64,000 nt of DNA, from the NCBI RefSeq assembly GCF_963921235.1, contig NC_086109.1, positions 31,560,001-31,624,000 of the forward strand. Reading direction: 5' to 3'. The position numbers and the translations under genes are program-made. Below, piece after piece: positions 23,226-35,726 of the stretch. The DNA comes from Mobula hypostoma. Its lineage: Eukaryota. The notes beneath the pieces are model-generated. The model worked only from the letters and a program-made list of their open reading frames with translations, was not told the DNA's origin and did not search any database. Numbering within the stretch: the stretch's first letter is position 1; each line of letters begins with the position of its first letter.

Positions 23226-25044
23226 CACCTCTTCCAACAGATGCTGCCTGGCCTGCTGCGTTCACCAGCAACTTTGATGTGTGTTGATATAACTACAGCT
23301 GTGAAGATTCCTGCTGCACCTGGTGACCCTGTAATGTCTCTCGCAAAGGCCAACAGCAGGCTGTCTTTTTTAAGAGGGTGAACCCTCACAAAGCAACAGA
23401 CCTTGATAGAGTACTGGGTTGGGCTGTGGAAACCCATGCCAGCCAACTGGCAGGTGTGTTCAAATGTCAGGATGCAGTTCATTGACTACAGTTCAGCCTT
23501 TAACACAATTATTCCTACAGTTCCGATCGAAATGCTCCTGATCCTGGGCCTCCATATCTCCCTCTGCAACTGGATTCTCTATTTCCTAAATGGAAGACCA
23601 CAACCTGTGCAGATCAGAAATAACATCTCCAGCTCACTGACAATCACTGGTGCACTTTACCCTCTCTACACCCATGACTGTGTGGCTAGGCACAGCTCAA
23701 GTGCCAATCTATATATTTGCTGATGATACAACTATTGTTGGCAGAATTTCAGAAGGTGATAGAGCATATAGGAGCAAGATATATCTGCTAGTTGAGTGGT
23801 GTCCCAGCAACAATCTTGCACTCGACATCAGTAAGAAATAAAGAACTGATTGTGGACTTCAGAACAGGTAAGATGAGGGAACACACACCAGTCCTCATCG
23901 AGGGATCAGAAGTGGAGAGAGTGAGAAATTTCAAGTTCCTGGATGTCAAAATCTCTGAGGATCTATCTGGGACCCAACATATCTATGTAGCCACAAAGAA
24001 GGCACAACAGTGGCTATATTTTATTAGTTTGAGGAAATTTGGTATGTCACCAAAAACACTTGCTAATTTATACAGATGTACCATGGAGAGTGTTCTAACC
24101 GGCTACATCACTGTCTGGTATGCACAGTCTATCGCACTGGATCAAAATAAGCTGCAGAGAGTTGTAAACTTAGTCAGCTCCTTCATGGGTACTAGCTTCC
24201 GAGTATCCAGGATGTTTTCAAGGAGCAATACATGAAAAAGGGATTATCGGTTGTTAAGGACTACCAACACCAAGCTCATGTGTGTTCTCATTGGTGCCAT
24301 CAGGAAAGAGGTACAGAAACCTAAAGGCACACACTCAATGAATCAGGGACAGCTTCTTTCTCTCTGTCATTTGATTTCTGAATGGATATTGAACCCATAA
24401 ACACTACCTCACTACTTTTTACTACCATTTTTACACTACTTATTTAATTTAACTATTATATACTGTTACTCACAATTTTTTCTATTATTATGTATTGCAT
24501 TCCACCACTGCTGCCAAGTGAACAAATTTTTCAACATGCACTGGTGATATTAAACCTGATTCTGATCCATCAGGAGGGTAAACCCATGGAAAGCATCAGG
24601 CCCAGATGGAGTACATAGCCAAATACTGAAGGCCTGTACTGATCAACTGGCTGGAGTGTTTACTGAGATCATTAACCTCTCACTTCAGCAGTCTAGGGTA
24701 CCCACCTGCTTCAAGTAGGCATCAATTGTACCAAAGCCTAAGAAGAACATGATAACCTTCCTCAAAGACTATTGTTCAGTAGCACCTAAATCCATCGTGA
24801 TGAAGTGTTTTCAGAGGGTGGTGATGAAATTTATCAACTCGTGCAACTTGGATCTGCTCCGATTTGCCTACCTGTACAACACGTCCACAGCAGATGTCAG
24901 GTCATTGGTTCTTTACTATATTCTGGAACATCTAAACAGCAAAGGTTCATACATCAGCACACACAAAATGCTGGTGGAACGCAGCAGGCCAGGCAGCATC
25001 TATAGGAAGAAGCACAGTCGACATTTATCTATTAATATTCTTCT

Positions 25045-25389
25045 TACAGATACATCTACATGATGCTAAGCTAGGGCACATCATCAGTGATGTTACCTGG
25101 GGTCGTCAGGGGCTTTGAGTCTTTCAACATCATACATCCTTGCCCAGGAGACCCGACGGGGGTTGATCAGACCCCGGCCTGTGCCCGAGCAGCAACCCAT
25201 GGATCTGCCCTCTTTATCCAGAACCATCTTGACGCCTTCTCTGCTGCATCTGTGATGGTAGAAGTGGCTCTCCTTCTTCTCTCTCCCGTGATTCCAAGTG
25301 CAGTGTATACTTCGCAGAGCGACTGGCCTGCAAAGCCACGACACCTGACCTCCACGGGCCAACGCTTTGCTCTCCAGCCTCTTCTTTGG
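25045..25389 (-). mobile_element. HERO-clade-like non-LTR retrotransposon 3' end (RLE C-terminus plus 3' UTR)
   Basis: CQRRGWRAKRWPVEVRCRGFAGQSLCEVYTALGITGERRRRA..AAEKASRWFWIKRADPW, then a 3' UTR with an ACATCA-CTGA-TGATGT hairpin. Clade recognised from motif memory. Confidence 0.7.
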
Positions 25390-25427
25390 CAGTCCTGACG
25401 AAGGGTCTCGGCCCGAAACACCGATTG
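25390..25427 (+). ncRNA. Hammerhead copy with mutated cleavage triplet
   Basis: CAGTC-CTGACGA-A-GGGTCTCGGCCC-GAAACACC-GATTG. Confidence 0.55.
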
Positions 25428-27109
25428 TGCTTCTTCCTATAGATGCTGTGTTCCACCAGCATTTTGTGTGTGTTGCTTGAATTTCCAGCATCTGCAGATT
25501 TCCTTGTGTTTACGTTCATGCATCAGGATGCTTTTTTATTGACTATAGCTTGGCATTCAATACTATCAATCCCCCAGATCTAATCGATAAGTATAAAGAA
25601 ATTGGCCTCAATATCTCTTTGTGCATTGGCCGTTACCTTACTGCTGCTTGTGCGTGGAGTGGGGAGTTGGGGAGAGGGATTGAAGAAAAAGAATTTCAGG
25701 ATATATATTGTATATATTTCTCTGACATTCAATGTACCTGTTGAAACTTGCAGAACCCAGTCAGTTAGGATTGGCAACAACATCTCTTCCATGATCTCCA
25801 TCAGCACAGATACACATCAAGGCTGTATGCTTGGCCCCCTGCTCTACTCGCTTTACACTTGTGACTGTACATTTACGCACAGATCAAATGCCTTGTTTCA
25901 GTTTGCTGACGTCACTGTTGTTGGCCGAATCAAAGATAGCGATGACTCAGCATATAGGAGGGAGATTGAAATTCTGGCCGAGCGGTGCCACAATAACCTC
26001 TTACCCAATGTTAGCAAGAACAAGGAGCTGATTATTGACTTCAGGAAGAAGAACCTGTAAGTACATGAGTCAGGAGATCAGAGGTGGAGAGAATCATACA
26101 CTTTAATTTCTTTGGTGTTATCATTTCAGAGGACCTGTCCTTAGTCAAGCACATAAGTGCAATTACTAAGAAAACATGACAGTGCCTCTCCTTCCTTAGA
26201 AGTTTGTCAAGATTCAGCAAGACCTTCTAAAACTTTGACAAACTTCTATAGACATATGGTGGAGAGTATAATGACAGGCTGTTTCACAGCCTGGTATGAA
26301 AATACTAAAGCCCTTGAACAGAAAATCCAACAAAAATTGTCTATTGTGCATAAAGCCCTCCCCACCATCTACACAAAACACTGTCGCAGGAAAGCCGTAT
26401 CCATAATCAGAGACCCTCACTACCCAGGTCATACTCTGTTCTCACTGCTACCATCAGGAAGGAGGTACAGGAGCCTGAGGACTCTCACCACCAGGTTCAG
26501 GAACAGTTATTAACCATCAACCATCAGGCTCCTGAACCAGAGGGGATAACTTCGCTAAACTTCACTTGCCCTATCACTGACATGTTCCCACAACCAATGG
26601 ACTCAGATTCAAGGATTCTTCATCTCATGTTCTCAATACTTATTGATTATTTATTTATTATTATATTTTTGTTTTGTATTTGTACACTTTGTTGCCTTTT
26701 GTACACTGGTTGAACACCTACGTTGGTGCAGTCTTTCATTGATTCTGTTATGGTTATTATTCTATTATGGATTTATTAAGTATGCCCACAAGAAAAGGAA
26801 TCTCAGGGTTGTATATGGGACATATATGCACTTCGATAATAAATTTACTTTGAAATTTGAACTGTGAATTTTATTTTTGGCAACGTACAGATCCGAAAGA
26901 GGACAAAATAAAGTTGACTTATATAGCATAGCTGACTTCTAGGTTAATGCTAAAATAGAATTTGTAGATCTTTCCTCAGAATTTAATACAGTAAGTGTTA
27001 TATTGTACCCTGAAAATGTCCAATTTTTATGAAATGCAGGGTGACTGTGCAAAAATTGAAAAGAAGCACATCTGTTCACTAGTTTTAAAACACACAAATT
27101 TCAAAGTAG

Positions 27110-27345
27110 AGGTGTTACTATGTTTTCTTCACAATTGCACTTATGTGCTCGGTCTAGGACAGGTCCTTCGAAATAATAACACAAGGAATTTAAAGTTGCT
27201 GACCCTCCCCAGTTCTGATGAGGACTGGCTCATGGACCTCTCCCTTCCTGCTTCCTGAAATCAATAATCATCTCCTTGGTCTTGCAGACATGGAGTAAAA
27301 GGTTGCTGTTTTGGCACTGCTCAGCCAGATTTTCAATCTGTGCCT
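27110..27345 (-). mobile_element. Rex1-like RT fragment
   Basis: Reverse complement matches the SKTKEMIIDFRK / SNFKFLV segment of other copies. Confidence 0.65.
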
Positions 27346-27504
27346 TTGAACTTTAGAAGTGTGAATTGTGATCAATAAATGAATCCTTTTTACTCATTGC
27401 AAGTAAGATTATTATTTCAGAAGAGTGTCTTCAGCTTAAGCGTATATATGGCTGATACAGAGAAGCATAATTTTAATGTGTTTGGTGGGAAGTATAGCAG
27501 GGAA

Positions 27505-27725
27505 GTCGGAGGAAAGCATTTTGCACAGAGAGTGCTGGGTGCATGAAATGTTCTTCCAGAGGTGCTGGTAGAGGCAGACACAGTAGTGACATTTAAGAGA
27601 CTTGTAGGTAGGCATATAGATGAAAGACATGGAAGGGAAGGGTTAGAGTGATCTTAAAGTGGGTTAAAGAGTTAGCACATCATGGGCCAAATGGCCTGTG
27701 TTGTGCTGTAATGCTCTATGTTCAT
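27505..27725 (+). mobile_element. CR1 3' end
   Basis: TTTTGCACAGAGAGTG..GGTAGAGGCAGA..CATTTAAGAGAC..GGCCTGTGTTGTGCTGTAATGCTCTATGTT. Confidence 0.7.
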
Positions 27726-28871
27726 ATTATATGAGAATCAGAAGGCACCGTGCATTCCACAGTTCATTAGCTTCCCTAATGTTACATTCAATAAACAAGA
27801 AGCTAGGCAGGTGCCCCAAAACACACTGTTATCTATATGTTGTAGACCTTCCCTATTCTGACATTCCTTCACATCAGGCCCAGCTGAAGGAACTCTGGTC
27901 TGATGTCATCAACCCAGGGGAACGACCATTGAGATTAGCGCTTTCTCATTGGCAGGTAAGCGCACAATTTTAATCAGCCTTTAAAACTGTAAACAAAGCA
28001 CAGAGCATGACATGCAATTAAGGTAAAATTTGATAGGTCATAACCAGCTGTTTAAAAATAAAATAAAACTGATTGCATTTTGTTTTCTGACAACTTACAA
28101 CTTTTCCAGTTTTTTTAAAAGAAGAAACATTACATAAAGAATAAAATTGAGAACTCTGGAATACAGTAAATAAAATTGCTCATTCTTTTGACATAAACAA
28201 TAGAAATATTGAAATCTGAATAAATTGCAGGCAACATTTGGATCACATTACTTTCATGTAATGATCATCACTATATCAATATCTAATAGGAATTCACTGT
28301 AACTACTGATATGTGATCCACAAAACACACTGCATCAACTTCCCACTCCTAATTCAAGAACACTTGCGCAGAAAAATCATCATCAAGATGGTTAAATACC
28401 AACATGACTTTGGGAAATAATTCAGCTTTTTCCCTGTTCCTGACTAAGTACACAATGATTAGCAACTTAGCTTTATTATGGAGATATCATTGCCATATGT
28501 TGCTATTGCTCCCCATGCGCTCAAAACAAGTCATAAGACATATGGTCCTTTTGATTCTACTGTGAAACCATCTTTCCATTGATAATATTTGTCAAATAAT
28601 CAGTTTGTAGTAGAGGAATCATTAGAATGATTTTGACACCATATTCAGAGCAGTTAGTTAAGAATGCTGATTAAAGGATGCAAAGCCACACTAAAAGATT
28701 CTTTATTTGCTGGGACCAAAAGCATTTCCTCCTGTTACTGGATACGAATGCATGTGTGATGGAAATCCCAAACTGGTTAATGATTTTTCAACAGCCCTGT
28801 GGCAGAGGCTTAGCTTCCTGCAATTCCCTAAACATTATATCTGGAAATTACTTTGAATATGCATTATGTCT

Positions 28872-29028
28872 GAAGAGAGTGAGAGAGAGTAAGGGAGGAA
28901 GAGGAAGGGGGGTGGGGAAGAGAGTGACAGAGAGGAAGAAATAAAGGAAGAGAGATTGAGGGTGAGAGAGAGGAAGAGAGAAAATGAGAGAGAGATTAAG
29001 GGAGAGAGAGAGATTGAGGGAGAGAGAA
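28872..29028. repeat. GA-rich low-complexity polypurine tract
   Basis: Imperfect (GA)n. Confidence 0.85.
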
Positions 29029-29389
29029 ATTTGCTTCAAGTAACTTGCATTTTAATTTAGAAAGCTGAATTCATTTTTAATAGACACAGTGATTCCTTTG
29101 AGAATTGTCTCTCCAAGAGCTCCACCTAAGTGACAGATTGTGCAGCAAAGTTGATACTTCCTTTACAACTACTGAAATGACAGTAATGTACAACTATGCC
29201 ATATTTCCAAACAAGTGCATGAGTCTTTGTATACACAGAAATCACTCTCCTGCACTTCTGAAGAAATAGGCATGTATCCACTTCAAAACAACATTTTAGC
29301 CTGTGCTTCCATGAGCTGTAAAATTTCTATCCCAATTCTTCTCACAGGAGAAGGTAAGATGCTGACTTAGAAATTAAGGCATATATTGA

Positions 29390-32300
29390 TTATTAATCTG
29401 GATACATGTTCAGATCGCACCACACCAAGTGGCGAATTTTAAATAGTTAACTAAATACATCTGAAATAAAAAGATATTACCAGTAATAGTGACCATGAAA
29501 CTAACGCTGAAGTAATGATTATGAAGGAATTCTGGCACCCTTACCCAAAGACCTCTGTCCAACTGTGTAGTTTAAGGTTAATTTCCTTCTGAAATGGCAC
29601 AGCAAGTGACTTAACAGTATCAAATGACAATGAAGAATAATAGTAATGACAAGGAAGCTTCGAACGCTTGGCTCAGAGTTGGAGATCTCTTCCCAGAAAC
29701 GGACCAGGTGGTTAACACAAAAAAATCAAAAATATGTAATAAAAGACCAACAAATTGAGCATGATAAATGTAGAAAATGTCAAGAAAAATTAGAAACAAT
29801 CCAATACATTACAGGATCCTGCAGTAGTTTAATTCAATCTGAATACTTATTCAGTCACGCTCAAGTGACAAACACCATTCACCATAATCTTGCTTCAAAG
29901 TACAAACTCATAAAAAACACCATAATTTATGACAACTACAAGCTTATTCCAGTTTTAGAGTCAGAGTTCTGCAAATTTTATTATGACTGATCCGTTATTA
30001 TAGATAGGGCATTCCATAATAACTGAGCCTAGATATAATATTACATGATAAACAAGCAAGAACAACTTACTTAAAAGACAGTCATTCCAAACATACATGA
30101 TATAATTAAACAAATAAGTGAAAAACACCAGAAATGTGCGGAGTTAAAAGAGGAAATTAAAAGACTATGGAATATGAATAGAGTACGCATCATCTCAATA
30201 GTAATATCTACAACTGGTATCATCACAAAGTCACTACACAATAGTTTTAAACAATTAGGTCTACACAGCAATATTAATACAAAACTCCAGAAAGCCATAA
30301 AGCGAAGCACCACTACTATAGTCTGAAAGTTCATAGCAATTGAGAACTAACTGAGTGTGCTTGGTATTGCCTGTACCTCACATTTTACCAGCTTGAACTG
30401 AGAAAAAATGAACAATAATAATAATAGCAACAGCAATAAAAGTAATAATAAAATTGGATGATAGAATAGGATTTGGAAAGGCAATTCAGCCTAATTAACT
30501 CTTCAGCACCCTCCTCTCTATTCTCCTTGAACTTGTCCCATTTTATTTTGGAGCCAAGAAACAGCTGACACATTTGAATTTGTAGAAGTGGTAGATGTAA
30601 CCACAATGTAGCCATCTACGTGCAAAGTTTAATGCACAGTCTAAGGATAGCTGCAATTATACCAGGAATACACCTTGATCAAAGGGAGTGACACAGTGCA
30701 GAGACAGCAGTTTAAAATTGGCCATCCATGATGAGCTACAGAACATCATTAGTCACAAACCTGTTACTTCATAGTACAGCACGTTCTTCCCTCCAGCATT
30801 ATCATTGGTCAAAGGAAAAAAGATAGTTGAATGAGGATTACTTGTTAAACCTAAAAGTTAGCTCCCAGACTGGTGAAAGCTTAAATACTGTACATACTTG
30901 TTAAAGTGTGGAAACATGAGGGCGGTGTTCGCAAAAGGAATCAATCATAGGAAAACTCTGCAATCCTGGCACATACAGCTATGAACAGTGGTGCACATTT
31001 AGACAATTAATGGAGGAATGGTATTCTTGAACATCACCTTCTTAATAATAGTGGGGGGGCGGGAAACAAAGTTAAAGCATTTGGAATCATAGTTCTGTAA
31101 AAGTATTGAGTTGTTGATTGATTTCAGCCTCTTCCTGAGGTCCAAAGCCAGTGGGATTCATTCCTCATGATCCTAAAGATCCGGTGAGCGTACTGAATAC
31201 TGCAAAGCCAATGGGCAATGACCATATCTTGTCTGCCGTGTTGAAAACTTGTATCTCTGGCCAAATTATTTCTGTACATCTGACAACTTGCCAATAAAAT
31301 GGAAACATTTCCAACTTTATCATGTCTGCAGAAGGCAGGTCCAGTCCTATCAAACCAAATCCATTACCCACCAGACAGCCCACTACCCTCCAATGTCCAT
31401 TATCTTTCCATTATCAGTCACATTATCAGGAAAATAATGTGAGTATTACTGCCAGGGCATTGAGGGAATACTTATTGTTTGGTATTACATATTTTTTTTT
31501 CCTGTCAGGACCATTTACCTGCAGACATCATCATTAACGATGCAAAAATCGGGAAAGGGATTGCACTTTAGAGGTGATATGAAAGTGACTGACCTTGGTA
31601 ACTTTTGAATAAATCAGCAAAGCCTAATTAAACTAAATTCAATGGAGATCAAGAGAAAAATCTCTCTACTGGATGGTAGGCATGCCTAACACAAAAGAAA
31701 ATACTTACTGCTGGTAGGCATCAATCACCTCAGCACAGGAAATCTCTACAGAACTGTGCCCTAGGACGAGCTGTCTTCAGCTGTTCCTCTGGTGAGCGTA
31801 TGTCTGCCATTTGGGGATGGTTGCTGATGTTATATACTGCTTTGTTCCAAATGTAATTCTCAAGATCACCGAGGAGTCCATAGTCACATCCATTAGGAAA
31901 TGGATGACTTATAGACATGCACAGAGCTTTTGAACTATCCGGTGTCAGGCAATGACAGTCTAATCACCTTTCCTCAACGTGCACTAATATTATCATCTCT
32001 AAACTCACACAACAAAATTCTGTGAGTCCTCTAACCTAATTAGATTAGTCCTATAAATATAGTAACAACAAAAGCAGCTGAGCAGCTGGGTTTTCTGCAG
32101 TGAAGGCTCTCTTCCTAACTCCTTGGAGCCTTCTCACTAATGATAAGACATGTCCTCGGAGGGTCCCAAAATACTTCCACCTTATCTGGATAAAATACTC
32201 ATAAAATTTTACTCAAACAGTCCATTTGTTTGAAATCCAAGCACCACCCTAGTCATTTACTCAACCACCATTGCTGAAGTGCATTTTGCCTGGGTTTGCC

Positions 32301-32700
32301 TTTTTTTTAGATTATTCAATTACTGGATGTTGGCAGCACCAACTAAGTCAACCTTCATTGCCCATCCTTAGTTGCCCTTGAGAAGGTGTTGATGAGCTGC
32401 CTCTAGAACCACTGCAGTCCCTGAGGTGTAGGAACACCCACAGCTGCCTGCTTACCAACGTTTCTTCAATAGCATTTTTCAAACCCCTGACCTCCACCGC
32501 CAAGGAGGATGAGGACAACAAAGACATGAGAATGTCACTACCATGCAAATTCAACCAAGTTATATTATTATTCTGCTTCTCCTTCATCCTCACTGTTAGA
32601 ATTCTGGTTGTCCTTTCTGAGTTGCAGGAGGACATTTACCACATGCACGGCAATGTTACTACGAAATTCCAGTAATGGCCCAGACTCATAACTAAGACAA
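29390..32700 (+). mobile_element. Very old LINE remnant with a Deu-domain-like 5' region, interrupted by an R4/Dong-like fragment and an inverted tail (about 32310-32450)
   Basis: AGTAATAGTGACCATGAAACT..CTGAAATGGCACAGCAAG resembles the DeuSINE/SacSINE1 core; downstream patches resemble decayed LINE coding sequence. Boundaries are approximate. Confidence 0.4.
29647..30410 (+). mobile_element. R4-clade (Dong/Rex6-like) LINE 3' part with RLE
   Basis: Degenerate zinc knuckle DKCRKCQEKLETIQYITGSC, then PVLESEFCKFYYD, ELKEEIKRLWNM, IVISTTG, LQKA; flanked by TAA-repeat-like sequence. Confidence 0.8.
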
Positions 32701-33419
32701 AATCATCACATTGAATAAGTAGAAGTAATAAAAAAAATCTAAATAATTATATACTGAAATCGATATACTTGAGGTTTCAATCAGATGCAGAATGTATCTT
32801 TAATTTAATGAAACAAAATGATATCTCTTAAATAATTCAAATAATTGGCATAAGTTCGTCCCCCATGTAGAATACAGTATGTCGTTTGTTAGGTTAATTT
32901 ATTGATTTCAATTGTGCATTAAAATAATCATGAGGCTTTTAGTGCTGCTGTTACTCGTGTAAACCATACAAGAATTTCCAGCAGCTAAACAAAGAAATCG
33001 GAAACACGATCTCCTGTTGACCTATTCCTCTAGAGACTATACTTCATGTTGTTATTATTTTTTACATCATATAAAGCCAATAAGTTTACCAGACAGATAG
33101 GGACATGTTCATTCCAATATAAATACATTTTTAATGGCTTGACAAGTTTTAAATGATACCAATTTTTCTGCTGGCTTAGGAGCATTAAATTTTTAAAGTA
33201 TGGAGTTTCATTCACTTAGATTTTATTTTTTTGGATATTTGAGTGGATTCTTCCATTTTCTCTAACTGCAGTCATGGAGTCCAGCAGTAAAATACAATTT
33301 TACTGGCATTCTCCAATGGAATCTGCAGTATAAGCTAAGGGTAGAAGCAGTAGGTCTAATTATTCCAATGGAGAGAAATGGCTAATGCGGAATAGGGTAA
33401 TTACTGGATAATTTAGGAA

Positions 33420-33790
33420 TTCAAAGTTCAAAGAAAAATTTATTATTGAAGTACATATATGTCACCATATACGACCCTGATATTCATTTTCTTGCAGGCA
33501 TTCTCAATAAATCCATAACAGAATCAATGAAAAACTGCACCGGCTGGGGGTTCAAATAGTGTGCAAAAGACATCAAACTGTACCAATACAAAAAGAAAGA
33601 AATAATAATATTAAATCTCATAGCAATAAATCTCAAGAAAATGAGATGAAAAGTCCTTGAAAATACGTCCATAGATTGCGGGAATATTTCAGTCTTCGGG
33701 CAAGTGAAGTTGAGTGAAGTTAACCCTTTTGGTTCGAAAGCCTGATGATTGAGGGGTAATAACGGTCCCTGAACATGGTGGTATGAGTGT
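33420..33790 (-). mobile_element. Rex1/Babar-like LINE 3' end
   Basis: + strand TTCAAAGTTCAAAG..TTTATTAT tail; UTR collinear with 26490-26866. Confidence 0.75.
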
Positions 33791-33889
33791 ATTTATTTAC
33801 ATGCCATCCAGTGAGTTCATTACATACCTATGTACATTGAGTTAGTACAAAAGGAAAACCAAACAAGATATGGTGACTATGTTTCTAGT

Positions 33890-34198
33890 GTTTATGGACA
33901 GACAACATAAGTTTAAGCTGGAGGGTAGGAAATTTAAAGAGAACTTGAAGAAGAATTTTTTCATCTGGAGTGTGCTTTAAATCTGGAATGCACTACCCAA
34001 AGCAGTGGTGGAGAACGGTGCTCACATGAGCTCTAAGAAGTAGAATTAGATGAATACTTGAAATCCTGTGGTATAAACAGATATAGACAGAATGCTGGAA
34101 GATGGGATTGATATAGCTAGGCACTTATTGATCCCACTGACTCAGTGAGCTGGATTGAATAGTCTGTTTCTACACTGTTCAATATTTTAACTCTATGA
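33890..34198 (+). mobile_element. Old CR1 3' end
   Basis: AAATTTAAAGAGAAC..AATTTTTTCATC..ATCTGGAATGCACTACC..CTCTATGAC. Confidence 0.6.
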
Positions 34199-34316
34199 CC
34201 ATCACCGAGAAAGCAGAGGATTAAGGAGCAACTCTAATCAAGATTCCCCAAAACAAAGTTGCAGTGCTAAGGGAGTGTTCCCCTGTCTGAGGTAATGTGT
34301 TTTTGAATCTCTAGAT

Positions 34317-34399
34317 CAGGGGTTCCCAGCTTTTTTTTTATTGCCATGGACTCCTGCCATTAACTGAGGGGTCTGTGGATCCTAGGTTGGGAACCCCTG
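34317..34399. mobile_element. 83-bp hAT (Charlie-like) MITE
   Basis: Terminal inverted repeats (TIRs) CAGGGGTTCCCA / TGGGAACCCCTG; 8-bp TSD CTCTAGAT / CTCTAGAA. Confidence 0.88.
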
Positions 34400-35108
34400 C
34401 TCTAGAAGATATAAAAAGTCTTACATTGTTATTTAATGCAAGTTAGTTGTGGATTGACAATCACATTCCCCATATCGCGTCAGTGACCACACTTCAAATA
34501 AAGTTCTTCATGGTTGAAAAATAAATAAGGTTTACAGCTGGGAAAGGTAATCTATAATGCATGGAAATTATGCAAATTTTAACATTACAAGTATAAGGTA
34601 TTGAAATCAAATGTACAAAGGAGCATTCTTGTTATTAAAATAGTAAGCATTTGGTAGACAAATTGGGGCCTTTCAATGCAACTTGATTGTCAATGGTTCA
34701 TTAAGCTGTCATTTCAAAATGATACAGATGACAATAGTTCAATTTAAGTGAGAAGGAAGGCTTGTTCCTAAAATTAATAAAAAATGTTCCAGTCAGGAAT
34801 TTAGTAGAACTCATTGGTCCATGTGCAGAGTTATTCCCTAGTTATTATTTCCAAAAATCCATTCTTGTTATCATTGTTATAAATGTAGCAGCTTGTAATT
34901 CATAGGTTAATGAAGAGTGTTCTATTCCTTTCGGAGATGATGATTAAATAAAAGAATTTGTCATTTCAAGGGTCACACAGACTAAACTTAGTCACCGTAA
35001 AAGTACTCTCTAGTCACTGTGTGGCAATATCAATTCTTAAGTTTGTTTGGTAATAATAACCCAATAAAGTGCAGTATCTATCTGAGGAAGCTTTATTGCA
35101 GGCACCAG

Positions 35109-35704
35109 TGTAATGGCTTCTTTGTAATGTTTCATGCTAAGGCTAATGTAATGGCTTCTCTGTAATGTTAATTGCTGAGGTAATTGTTTCTCTATAGCAG
35201 AAATGTTTGGGTTATGGCTGGATATAATTATGCATGTTAGCCAATCAGGATTCTGTTGCCCTGTCTGGAAGCTGTTGCTTTCGCATGCTTTTACGAGAAG
35301 GCGCGAGGGGGATGAGGAGAGAAGACACGAATGGAGAGATGTGGTAGGCTGTCCGACAGGGAGGACTCCGAGCGGGAGTCAGAAAGTCGGCGACACTCGG
35401 GGGAGATCGAATGGTGGAAAGAAGATCTTGCTGAGTGAGCTCCAACGATTGTGCACGGACTGTTTAATAAGATTGGCACCCCTTTTCTTTTATATTTTAT
35501 TCCTCTACTAACCACACAGTAAAAGTAAGAGTTATACAGCTTAATCACTTAATTGCATATTGTGTACTGTTTGTTATTTCTGGGCACTGGTTTGTAACAG
35601 GGGACACATTGCGCAGCATCCACCCAAACGAGATTTCTTAAGTTTGGCCAGGCAGGGGGGTTATCACCCCCAAGATCAAGCCGCTGGGTGAAGCGAGTGT
35701 TACA
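35109..35704 (+). mobile_element. Solo LTR (596 bp)
   Basis: TGTAA...TTACA termini; 4-bp TSD CCAG/TCAG; duplicated TGTAATGGCTTC; CCAAT box and a possible AGTAAA poly(A) signal. Confidence 0.8.
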
Positions 35705-35726
35705 TCAGCATTCTGGAAATTTAGAA

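Larger units (their letters stand above)
19679..23287. mobile_element. Penelope-like fold-back insertion: two inverted 5'-truncated arms with 3' ends outward
   Basis: Perfect 14-bp TSD TATAACTACAGCTG (19665-19678, 23288-23301); left arm 19679-20890 (-), right arm about 22132-23287 (+). Confidence 0.92.
19055..24565 (+). mobile_element. Decayed Rex1/Babar-like LINE hosting the PLE fold-back
   Basis: [23 protein letters not shown], then after 23288 [30 protein letters not shown]; tail AAACCTGATTCTGAT. Confidence 0.8.
24958..25513. mobile_element. Composite insert: inverted PLE tail, HERO-like 3' end, PLE tail
   Basis: 13-bp TSD GTTCAT(A/G)CATCAG (24945-24957, 25514-25526); tails at 24958-25026 (-) and 25390-25513 (+). 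Confidence 0.85.
24566..26866 (+). mobile_element. Decayed Rex1/Babar-like LINE
   Basis: [55 protein letters not shown]; tail GATAATAAATTTACTTTGAAATTTGAAC. Confidence 0.85.
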
